Made by a program: the position numbers and the translations under genes. Of a stretch of 64,000 nt of DNA, positions 36,121 through 43,985 are shown one piece after another. A model generated the notes under the pieces. The model saw only the letters and a list, made by a program, of their open reading frames with translations, did no database searches and had not been told where the DNA came from. The number at the start of each line of letters is the position of its first letter. The stretch's first letter is position 1. Source of the DNA: a bacterium (GTDB taxonomy: Bacteria > Patescibacteriota > Minisyncoccia > Sungbacterales > HO2-52-23); assembly GCA_030697705.1 (NCBI GenBank), contig JAUYPE010000006.1, positions 4,686 to 68,685 of the forward strand. Direction: 5' to 3'.

Positions 36121-36185
36121 TTCAGTTTTAACCTTGTTTTCCGCCACCGCCGAATTTCGCGCCAGTGAAACTGGCGCACCTCCTA

Positions 36186-37115
36186 CTAGCTGTTCATTAT
36201 AAATTCTATAATAGCGTAGGTCGCCCAAAAAACCAAAAGCATATATCCTTCCTTTTTTGTGATTATTCGTCCCGAACGCATAAAATGCAGAAGCACAAGT
36301 GAAGCGACTACCATAAATGCTCCTGTGATATAAACAATTTTTATAGGAAAAAAGAAAGGACTAATGAGAGAAAGAACTCCCACGACAATAGTTGCGTCTG
36401 CCAGCACCGACCCTAAAATATCACCAATCGCTAGTCCGTCATCCTTTCTCTTTATCGATTTGAGCGAATAAAACAATTCCGGCATCGTCGTCCCAAAACT
36501 AACAACAAGCATAGCAATAAGAATCGGCGTTATTTTCAGTGCGTGGGCTAACTCGATTGCTGAGGTTACTGTAAAGTGCGCGCCGACCAACAAAAGAGCC
36601 ATGGCAAAAAGCAGAAGAGTAAAATTTTTATATTTTCCGCTCCCATCGTGTGACCTCTCCGATACCTCTCTGCTGTTTTTAAAAACAAGATAGTAAAAAA
36701 GCGTACCAGCAATAATAAGAGCCGCACCCTCAACTCGGGAATAGTGACCGTTTAGTCCAAAGACAAGCGGTAGTAAGAGAAAAAACGGGTATAGGTGGAC
36801 ATGTTTTAATATCTTGCTTTCAATTTTTATTCCTCGTCTGGCGTATATGCTTAAAATTGCGAAAATGAGCGTCAAGTCGGCAATATTTGATCCGAACAAT
36901 GTGCCGAGACCGAACTCGGGGATTCCTTCAACCACTGAACTTATTGCAATGAGCGTTTCAGGCAAAATTGAAATAAAGGCGACTATGATAAAACTGATAA
37001 TGTATTTTGGGAGATGAAAATTTCTCGCAAGTTTTGTGGAATATTTAGTGGCCAGCGTCGCGCCCCTAACAACCAGAAGTAATGAAAAGATGAAAATTAA
37101 AAGATTTTCTATCAT
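36186..37115 (-). CDS. Ca2+/cation antiporter (CaCA family, YrbG-like)
   Basis: Two alpha-repeat signatures GSNIADLTL and GDILGSVLAD; about 10 TM; 309 aa. Confidence 0.75.
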   Translation of the reverse strand: MIENLLIFIFSLLLVVRGATLATKYSTKLARNFHLPKYIISFIIVAFISILPETLIAISSVVEGIPEFGLGTLFGSNIADLTLIFAILSIYARRGIKIESKILKHVHLYPFFLLLPLVFGLNGHYSRVEGAALIIAGTLFYYLVFKNSREVSERSHDGSGKYKNFTLLLFAMALLLVGAHFTVTSAIELAHALKITPILIAMLVVSFGTTMPELFYSLKSIKRKDDGLAIGDILGSVLADATIVVGVLSLISPFFFPIKIVYITGAFMVVASLVLLHFMRSGRIITKKEGYMLLVFWATYAIIEFIMNS

Positions 37116-37246
37116 GATTGTTTCCTAAAAGATAATGTGCAGCTTTTTAATTTCTTTTGAACTAGACCATCCCGGCTGGCTTACTGGTCGGAGGTTTATC
37201 TCAAAATTCATAATTTCATATGCATAAGACCCATTGCCGCATACTT

Positions 37247-37930
37247 TTATGAATGACTTTGCGCCTTACGGTAAAACCAATATCCTCCTCCTGCCATAAT
37301 GCCCGTGGTCAAGAGATAGCCCAGTATGATGAGAAACGGGTGCGCAGTAATATATGCCGACAGCAGACTGCCAAAAGCGACCAGGAGTGCCGCGGGTCCA
37401 ATTCCTATAGGCACAAGCAGAGCAAGAAATTTCCAAAAGGGCATAGTGGTAAGTCCGGCGGCATAGGTTACTCCCTCCGGAAATGAAAAGAAAACAAGGC
37501 GCGCATGAATAAGACCGCGCGGCGTTCCCAAATAGGCGAGAATGATATCAATGATCTTCATGCCTGGTTTTGTAACAAAATACTGCACGACTTTTCGTCC
37601 GAATATGCGGCTGATGAAAAACGCAATGGCACTTCCTAAAAGATCGCCTAAAGATGTGTAGATAAAGCCATGCCAAAAACCGAATGCGGCTCCCGCAATC
37701 GGGTAGAGCGGGGATCCGCCAAGAGGAGCAATAACCAACGTGGATGCTTTGAGCAGAATGACGATAAAAGGTCCCCAAATGCCCGCCGCCGCAATCCGTT
37801 CGCGCGTTTCGCTTATGCCTAAAAATTGCGCAAAGAAATAAATTGCGGCGATGGTAAGACCAAGCCAGAGTATGTTGAGCATCGTCTCTTGATAGCCGGC
37901 TTTTACGCCTTTCAGCTGAATTTTTGACAT
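37247..37930 (-). CDS. DedA/TVP38-family membrane protein
   Basis: 227 aa polytopic; FPEGVTYAAGLT and GxxxxGxxxY motifs typical of DedA/SNARE-associated family. Confidence 0.75.
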   Translation of the reverse strand: MSKIQLKGVKAGYQETMLNILWLGLTIAAIYFFAQFLGISETRERIAAAGIWGPFIVILLKASTLVIAPLGGSPLYPIAGAAFGFWHGFIYTSLGDLLGSAIAFFISRIFGRKVVQYFVTKPGMKIIDIILAYLGTPRGLIHARLVFFSFPEGVTYAAGLTTMPFWKFLALLVPIGIGPAALLVAFGSLLSAYITAHPFLIILGYLLTTGIMAGGGYWFYRKAQSHS

Positions 37931-38091
37931 AACTACTGGGATATTCTTATGTCAATATCCTGGGGTTTGGCGTTTCCTCGCCTTCAGGCGAAGGCTTCAG
38001 CAGGTTAGTTCTCGTTCATTCCTTATTTTGCCTGTTGTCCATCGTATTCAGACGGTCACTGGGAACCTGTGTACTTTTAGCGCACAGTGGT

Positions 38092-38484
38092 TCAATTGGC
38101 GACACAAGTTCCGTCAAAAAATCCAAAAGGTGGCTCAAGGTCAATAGCAAGCGTTTTGCTTAACTTAGAGAAATTTCCCTTAAGTGTTTTTTGCGGATAT
38201 GTTTCGAAAATCTGAAGTTGGTCGCCCGCTTCTTCAATGTGTCCGTAGTATTCAACCCATTCATTCGGAATCTCTAAGTTGATTGAGCCATTGGAATCGC
38301 TCCTAACCCATGGTCTATATTCCGTTAATTTCATATAGACGGTCATAGGTCGAGTGGTGCCATTGAGAGATATTTCACCAGAGCATTGGAAACTTGATTC
38401 TACCTCAGAAAAGTTGGCAGCAAAGAAAAACAAAACAACAATGCCCAATACGCCAGACCCAACATATTTGAGTGATTTTTTCAT
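38092..38484 (-). CDS. hypothetical secreted protein
   Basis: Signal peptide MKKSLKYVGSGVLGIVVLFFFAANF; 130 aa; no domain recognised. Confidence 0.45.
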   Translation of the reverse strand: MKKSLKYVGSGVLGIVVLFFFAANFSEVESSFQCSGEISLNGTTRPMTVYMKLTEYRPWVRSDSNGSINLEIPNEWVEYYGHIEEAGDQLQIFETYPQKTLKGNFSKLSKTLAIDLEPPFGFFDGTCVAN

Positions 38485-38553
38485 AGATTTATTTTTTATG
38501 GTTTAATGCTCCCCAACACCATGTAGTAAAAGATACGCCTAATGTCAAAATTA

Positions 38554-39303
38554 TCATTTAGTGGGCGAGGGGAGAGTCGAACTTTCACTTGCTCTCGTGT
38601 ACTCTCTTCGCTTTTCAGTTGAGAAAATTGCTAAAGTATTTTGTGCGATCATCCACTTTCTTTGCAGGCAAGGTAATCCTTCTTGATAATACATCCAGCT
38701 CAGTAAGTTTATAGAATCTTTCTTCGCGAATTTGAGTTGCCACATACTTGTTGTTTGGTCTTTTCGCGTTGGCTTTTCTTCGTTTAGGTGTCCCTTTATG
38801 GCAAAAATTCTTTCCATATTTTTCTGTATCCATTCCATGTGCTCTTGACTCGCAGATAGAAATCTAACAAATAGGCGGGTATAGGTATATTTCGGATTCT
38901 TATATGTATTATAGTAATCAGTGTATGTAGAGATTGATCCGTCGCCATCCAAGTGTCCCCGAAGAAAGTCGGCGAAATAATCGTCAGGAATTTTTATCTT
39001 CCCAATGGTGTAGGTTTTCGCAGGAAACAGGCCAATCGTGAGTAACCAATTATAGAACTGAATATTACCGAACTGGACTCTATAACTGGGCTTCGTTGCG
39101 TACCCATTATTATGAGACACCGCCATTTTATTTTGAATGCCAAGGCATCGCCTAAATGTCTTTAGTTGTTCTGTTTCAGATGAACGCATTATGATATGCC
39201 TACCATCTTTTGAAAGACATCCATCAGTAACAAGAAGCCCCACCGCATAAGCAAGCTCTGATGTCCATAAAAACTCTTTTTCCGGCAATTTCATTTTTGC
39301 CAT
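38554..39303 (-). CDS. LAGLIDADG-family homing endonuclease (two-motif monomeric type)
   Basis: Motif 1 LAYAVGLLVTDGCLS and motif 2 FLRGHLDGDGSIS; start placed at MAKMKL (ATG complement 39301..39303) because the upstream part of the ORF is the tRNA-Leu gene read as protein. Confidence 0.8.
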   Translation of the reverse strand: MAKMKLPEKEFLWTSELAYAVGLLVTDGCLSKDGRHIIMRSSETEQLKTFRRCLGIQNKMAVSHNNGYATKPSYRVQFGNIQFYNWLLTIGLFPAKTYTIGKIKIPDDYFADFLRGHLDGDGSISTYTDYYNTYKNPKYTYTRLFVRFLSASQEHMEWIQKNMERIFAIKGHLNEEKPTRKDQTTSMWQLKFAKKDSINLLSWMYYQEGLPCLQRKWMIAQNTLAIFSTEKRREYTRASESSTLPSPTK

Positions 39304-39309
39304 AAAGTA

Positions 39310-39393
39310 TGGGCGAGGCGGGATTTGAACCCGCACGGGATTACTCCCACACGATTTTGAGTCGTGATCGTCTGCCAATTCCGACACTCGCCC
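39310..39393 (-). tRNA. tRNA-Leu (anticodon CAA), class II with long variable arm
   Basis: Manual fold: acceptor GGGCGAG/CTCGCCC + A73; D-arm TCG-GAATTGGCAGA-CGA; anticodon stem CACGA/TCGTG with loop CTCAAAA (CAA); variable arm GGGAGTAATCCC; T-arm GCGGG-TTCAAAT-CCCGC; no encoded CCA. Confidence 0.85.
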
Positions 39394-39442
39394 ATTTCAC
39401 GGTTGATGATAGGATAAAAATCTGCTAAAGTAAAGGTATTCT

Positions 39443-40327
39443 ATGCAGAGCAAACTTCCTCAACGAACAAAAAAATTATGCCTTTGTGGATGTGGTGAGG
39501 TGCTCAAAATCCATGAATATACTCGACGGGATAGTGGCGGAGTAAGTTATCTTGTTTATAATTTTGTCATAGGCCATAGCAAGCGGGGCATAAACGGATT
39601 TAATATGGAAATCCACCGTTCGCGCTTATGTCAGTGTGGGTGCGGACAATATACCACAAAGTTCAGAGGACGCCATAATCGTTTTATGAGGAAACACGAG
39701 AATAATGGAAGAGTCCCGTGGAATAAAGGGAAGGCGTTTTCTGATGAAGTAAGAAAAAAGATGAGTCTGGCAAGACTAGGGAAGGAGCCGGCGAACAAGA
39801 CGGTAATAGATTTAATTGCGCTCCATAGACATTATATACATGAAAAAAAGACGATCTCTACGGTGAGTAGGGAGATTAATATTTTAACGGATGCAATTAA
39901 AAATAGACTGCGGGCTTTGGGATGGAGCCGTACCACAAAAGAATCATGTGCGACGGATGCATTTCGTGAGCAGATGCGACAGATAAGAATAAAAACATTG
40001 ACTTCTCGGCAAGCAATAGAGAGTCCAAATAAACTTGAGAAATCAGTGTATGAAGCATTGGATCGGATGAATATCCCCTACGAAAAACAGGTGCCGCTTT
40101 TCGGCAAGTTCGTAGTGGATGTTTTGTTTCCTCAACAGCATCTAGTGCTTGAAATTTTCGGGAGATATTGGCATCGTATGCCTCAAAATGTGAGAAAGAA
40201 CTATTCAAAAAAGAAATACTTGGAAAAATGTGGTTACCGAGTTGAAGAAGTTTGGGATAACGAAATTAAGGAAAAAGGAGTTGATTCTGTGTTGGAGAAA
40301 GTTGTAGAGAAATATGCATTAATATGA
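39443..40327 (+). CDS. homing-endonuclease-like protein: duplicated CxCGCG zinc knuckles + NUMOD3 motif + C-terminal DUF559/Vsr-like PD-(D/E)xK nuclease domain
   Basis: LCLCGCGEV and LCQCGCGQY knuckles; NUMOD3-like VPWNKGKAFSDEVRKKMSLARLGK; C-terminal FVVDVLFPQQHLVLEIFGRYWH...YLEKCGYRVEEVWDNEI resembles DUF559/Vsr endonuclease fold; stop overlaps parA start (ATGA). Confidence 0.6.
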   Translation: MQSKLPQRTKKLCLCGCGEVLKIHEYTRRDSGGVSYLVYNFVIGHSKRGINGFNMEIHRSRLCQCGCGQYTTKFRGRHNRFMRKHENNGRVPWNKGKAFSDEVRKKMSLARLGKEPANKTVIDLIALHRHYIHEKKTISTVSREINILTDAIKNRLRALGWSRTTKESCATDAFREQMRQIRIKTLTSRQAIESPNKLEKSVYEALDRMNIPYEKQVPLFGKFVVDVLFPQQHLVLEIFGRYWHRMPQNVRKNYSKKKYLEKCGYRVEEVWDNEIKEKGVDSVLEKVVEKYALI

Positions 40328-41100
40328 CTCGCGTCTTAAGTGTATGTAACTTTAAGGGTGGTGTTGGAAAATCAACAACGACGCAGAATCTCGCCGTCTT
40401 TCTTTCTGCTCTTGGCTCGCGCGTGCTGGTGGTTGATATGGATCCGCAGGCGAATGCGACCTCGGGTATGGGACTCAATCCCCGGCGGCTCCGACACTCG
40501 CTCTACGACGCGCTCATCGGTCGCACATCCGCAGAGGAGATCATAAAAAAAACGGGACTCTCGGGCGTGGATATGCTTCCCGCGGTTGCGGCGATGGCGG
40601 GGGCGGGGATTGAGTTGGTTGACATGCCGAATCGCGAGTATAAACTGAAAGAGGTTCTCGCGCCCCTGCGCGACCAGTATGACTTTATCATTATTGATTC
40701 GCCGCCGAGCATGGGACTCCTTACGCTCAACGCGTTGACGGCCGCTTCACGCATTATCATTCCCGTGCAGTGCGAGTATTATGCACTGGAAGGACTTGCC
40801 GATCTTTTGGGGACGATTCAAATGGTGAACGCAAATTTAAAGGTGAAGATCTGCATTATGGGCGCACTGCTCACGATGTATGACCAAAAGTCGCGATTGC
40901 ATCGGGAGGTTGCCGAGGAGATTCGGCGAAAATTTCGCGGCTATGTGTTTAACGCCGTTATTCCGCGCAATGCTTCTCTTGCGGAAGCGCCGTCTTTTGG
41001 AAAAACTATTTTACAATACGATCCCTACAGCCACGGGGCGAAAGCGTATCGCGCGCTTGCCGAAGAGGTTTTACAGCTGGAGGGCTTGCGGGCGGTGTGA
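40324..41100 (+). CDS. parA: chromosome partitioning ATPase ParA/Soj
   Basis: Deviant Walker A NFKGGVGKSTTTQNLA; ...VVDMDPQANATSG...; 258 aa. Confidence 0.9.
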   Translation: MTRVLSVCNFKGGVGKSTTTQNLAVFLSALGSRVLVVDMDPQANATSGMGLNPRRLRHSLYDALIGRTSAEEIIKKTGLSGVDMLPAVAAMAGAGIELVDMPNREYKLKEVLAPLRDQYDFIIIDSPPSMGLLTLNALTAASRIIIPVQCEYYALEGLADLLGTIQMVNANLKVKICIMGALLTMYDQKSRLHREVAEEIRRKFRGYVFNAVIPRNASLAEAPSFGKTILQYDPYSHGAKAYRALAEEVLQLEGLRAV

Positions 41101-41116
41101 GGATTATGTTCGGCTT

Positions 41117-41185
41117 GTCATTGCGAGGAGCCGAAGGCGACGCGGCAATTACAAAAAGATTGCTTCGGCTTCACCTCGCAATGAC
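41117..41185. repeat. 69-bp perfect-ended palindrome between parA and parB
   Basis: gtcattgcgagg agccgaag gcgacgcggcaattacaaaaagattg cttcggct tcacctcgcaatgac; termini resemble the MITE family termini gtcattccgag / ctcggaatgac. Confidence 0.6.
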
Positions 41186-41196
41186 AGTATCAAATT

Positions 41197-42291
41197 ATGT
41201 CAGATGCACTGGGAAAAGGTCTTGAGTCGCTCATTCCGCACCGTGATCCGGAGCGGAAATCTGCCCCTGCGATAATTGCCGCTGAACGCGAGGGTGGAAA
41301 CGTTCAAGAGCCGGAAGAAATCGCGGTGCATACCGCCGATAACGATGGTGTCGTGGCGGGTACTCCCGGAATCGCGGAGCCGGTTGTTTTTTCTGCATCG
41401 GCCACTACCGGAAGCGGCGCGACTGCACCTTCGCGGAGTTATCAGGATCACTTCCAGCCACGGCGCGGCGATTCTATTTATTGGATTGAACTGGAACGTA
41501 TTGAGCCGAATCCCTTCCAGCCGCGGCGGGAGTTTGGCGAGGATGCTTTGCGCGAGCTGGCGGATTCCATCCGTGAACACGGCGTGCTCCAGCCGATTTT
41601 AGTAACAAAGCGCGAACAGGAGACGTCGACGGGACTTGACGTGCGTTACCAGCTTATTGCCGGCGAACGGCGTTGGCGTGCGGCAAAACTTGCCGGACTT
41701 TCGCAGGTCCCCGCCGTCATCCGGCGCGGAATGCCCGACGACCGCATTAAGCTCGAACTTGCGATTATTGAAAATGTCCAGCGCGAGGACTTGAATGCCA
41801 TGGATCGCGCGCTTGCCTATAAACAACTCACCGACCAATTCCATCTCGTCCAGCGGGAAATTGCGGCGCGTATCGGCAAGTCGCGCGAAATGGTCGCCAA
41901 CACGCTCCGGCTTCTCGCGCTCTCACCCGAGATGCAAGGCGCGCTCCGGAGCGGGAAGATTTCCGAGGGGCACGCGCGGGCGATTCTCATGGCGGGGGAC
42001 GACGCGGGCAAACAAGCCGAGATGTATACCACTATTCTCTCCGATCGCTTAAATGTGCGGGAGGCCGAGGGTCGCGCGCGGCAAATTGCCGGTAAGTCAT
42101 TGACCTTGCGCAAACGCCCCGCCTCCGACGAAACGAATCCCGAAATGCGGGCGTGGACTGCGCGCCTCCAGGACCGTTTCGGAACGAAAGTACGGCTCCA
42201 GCGCATCGGCGAACGGGGAAAAATCGTCGTGGAGTTTTATTCCGAGGAGGAGCTTCGGGCACTTCTGCAAAAACTCGTGCAGGAAGCGTAG
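41197..42291 (+). CDS. parB: chromosome partitioning protein ParB/Spo0J with extended N-terminus
   Basis: IELERIEPNPFQPRREF...LRELADSIREHGVLQPILV...YQLIAGERRWRAAKLAGL (ParB box), HTH; about 120-aa low-complexity N-terminal extension. Confidence 0.9.
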   Translation: MSDALGKGLESLIPHRDPERKSAPAIIAAEREGGNVQEPEEIAVHTADNDGVVAGTPGIAEPVVFSASATTGSGATAPSRSYQDHFQPRRGDSIYWIELERIEPNPFQPRREFGEDALRELADSIREHGVLQPILVTKREQETSTGLDVRYQLIAGERRWRAAKLAGLSQVPAVIRRGMPDDRIKLELAIIENVQREDLNAMDRALAYKQLTDQFHLVQREIAARIGKSREMVANTLRLLALSPEMQGALRSGKISEGHARAILMAGDDAGKQAEMYTTILSDRLNVREAEGRARQIAGKSLTLRKRPASDETNPEMRAWTARLQDRFGTKVRLQRIGERGKIVVEFYSEEELRALLQKLVQEA

Positions 42292-42345
42292 TCCCGCTTT
42301 CTATAATGGACTGGGAAATTTAGACTCATTCCTCATCTTATTGGC

Positions 42346-43500
42346 ATGAATCAAGAAGTAATAAATACAGATAATCGTTCCCCAAAGGAGAGTTCCGATG
42401 GGGATCGGGAAAAAATAAAGTCGGCGGTGGAGCGCGAAATCTCGGAACGGGTGCACGATCGCTTTGGCGACCACCCTGACCGGGGTCCGGAACGGTCTCG
42501 GTTTTTCTTTCACCGTCCGGAGCATCCCGCCGCCGTCCGGGAACGCGCATGGCGAATTATGAAGCTTGCCCGGGAACACGGGATGGACGACGCGGATGAT
42601 GAGGCGGTACTTGCCGCAGATACTGCCGCGCAAGCACACGACCTCGTGATACGCTTTCATGAGATTAATGATTCGGTATCTCCCCGCCACGGAGAGATTG
42701 ATCGCTATCGCGGATGGGGCGGTCGGGCTCCCGAGGCGATCAGGACGGTACTCAATGAAAGGAGTATTAAGGGCAATGAAGAGGCAAGTTGGGATGAACT
42801 GGAAAAAATGCTTGACGATCACGATCCCGAAAAAAAGGTCTATACGGATCGCGTGCGCAATCTTGCCAAAAAAGCGATTGCGGCGACCTATCCCGAGGTG
42901 CCGTTTCCCTTTCCCGCATTTCCCGAGGGTGCGACGGTTATTGAAGGACGGGATCTCGCTCCCTATTTGTTTCGAACAAATGACGGATTGCTCGCCGGTC
43001 TTAAATTCGATCAGCCCGAGCTGACCGACGAAAGTCCGCTTGCCGTATTCGCCGTCGCCATGGGCGACTTGGCGTACGGTGGCGTGGTGGATGCCGAGAG
43101 TTTCAAGGAGCACGGTGATGAAGAGTGGGCGGAAACGCATCCGCGCATGATACGCGAGATTGAGGCGGATATTGCGGAGAAAAATGATGAGGCGAGTATC
43201 AAGGAAAAAGCGCGTATCGCGGCGAGTATCATCGGTTGGCAGAGCGCGCAACCCGGGTTCCTCTTGTGGCAAAAAATTCGTTTTTACGAGCATCTGCCGG
43301 GATCTTCCAACTTTAAAACGGCAATGAGCGCGGAGTATCGGCATTTTGACGAAAATATCCTTGCCGCCGCAGACCGTGTTGAGGCGTTTAAGAAATTTAT
43401 CCCGCTCAAAGATGCGGTATTTTACACCAGTCCGGAGGGCGCGTATGAGGCAGATCAGCTTTTCCGCAATATGGTGCGGGAGATGCATTGCTCCGTCTGA
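42346..43500 (+). CDS. hypothetical acidic soluble protein
   Basis: 384 aa, D/E-rich, coding-like composition; the antisense 395-aa ORF (42301..43488) has R/F/I-rich antisense-like composition and was rejected. Confidence 0.5.
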   Translation: MNQEVINTDNRSPKESSDGDREKIKSAVEREISERVHDRFGDHPDRGPERSRFFFHRPEHPAAVRERAWRIMKLAREHGMDDADDEAVLAADTAAQAHDLVIRFHEINDSVSPRHGEIDRYRGWGGRAPEAIRTVLNERSIKGNEEASWDELEKMLDDHDPEKKVYTDRVRNLAKKAIAATYPEVPFPFPAFPEGATVIEGRDLAPYLFRTNDGLLAGLKFDQPELTDESPLAVFAVAMGDLAYGGVVDAESFKEHGDEEWAETHPRMIREIEADIAEKNDEASIKEKARIAASIIGWQSAQPGFLLWQKIRFYEHLPGSSNFKTAMSAEYRHFDENILAAADRVEAFKKFIPLKDAVFYTSPEGAYEADQLFRNMVREMHCSV

Positions 43501-43577
43501 ACGGGCACAGAGGACATTCTTTATAAAAATGACCCATCATGAAGCGATAGGTCTTTTCTGAAGCGAGCGCAGGATGT

Positions 43578-43925
43578 TTATTGAGGCGGCGTGGACGCCC
43601 ATGCAATAATCGTGGGCACTTGCGCAGGGCGGTTCTGCTGAAATCGGATGAGGAGCGGCACTGCTTCTTCCCGCGAGAGTTGACGAAAGTTCCAGCGCAG
43701 AAAATTGATCCCGTACAGTGCTTGTTCATGGGGAGCGGGGAGTATCAGATATTGACTGGCGTCAAGAACAAAAACCGGTATGGTTGAATGTTCGGCGAGT
43801 GTTGTCACAATGTTTGACGGATTTGCGTGTGCGGTGTCAAAACACCACAGAATAAGTTTTTCAAGAACGTGAGTGGTAAATGTCAGCTCTGTCATGGTCG
43901 CCATTCTCCTTTTTCTGCCGAGCAC
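43578..43925 (-). CDS. hypothetical protein
   Basis: 115-aa ORF between the hypothetical gene and topA; no motif recognised. Confidence 0.3.
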   Translation of the reverse strand: MLGRKRRMATMTELTFTTHVLEKLILWCFDTAHANPSNIVTTLAEHSTIPVFVLDASQYLILPAPHEQALYGINFLRWNFRQLSREEAVPLLIRFQQNRPAQVPTIIAWASTPPQ

Positions 43926-43985
43926 TCAGTGATATAAGGGTGTCTTTATAAGTACCACATGAGAAGAAAAGTATCAATCATTCAT

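Noticed and set aside
38554-39387. LAGLIDADG ORF as listed (277 aa) including MSELADDHDSKSCGSNPVRVQIPPRPYF
   Set aside because: The first 28 codons are the tRNA-Leu gene read as protein. It was trimmed to the ATG at 39303.
42301-43488. 395-aa ORF on the minus strand, antisense to the 384-aa acidic protein
   Set aside because: R/F/I/L-rich composition is typical of an antisense shadow frame, whereas the + strand frame has a coherent acidic coding-like composition. The two cannot both be real.
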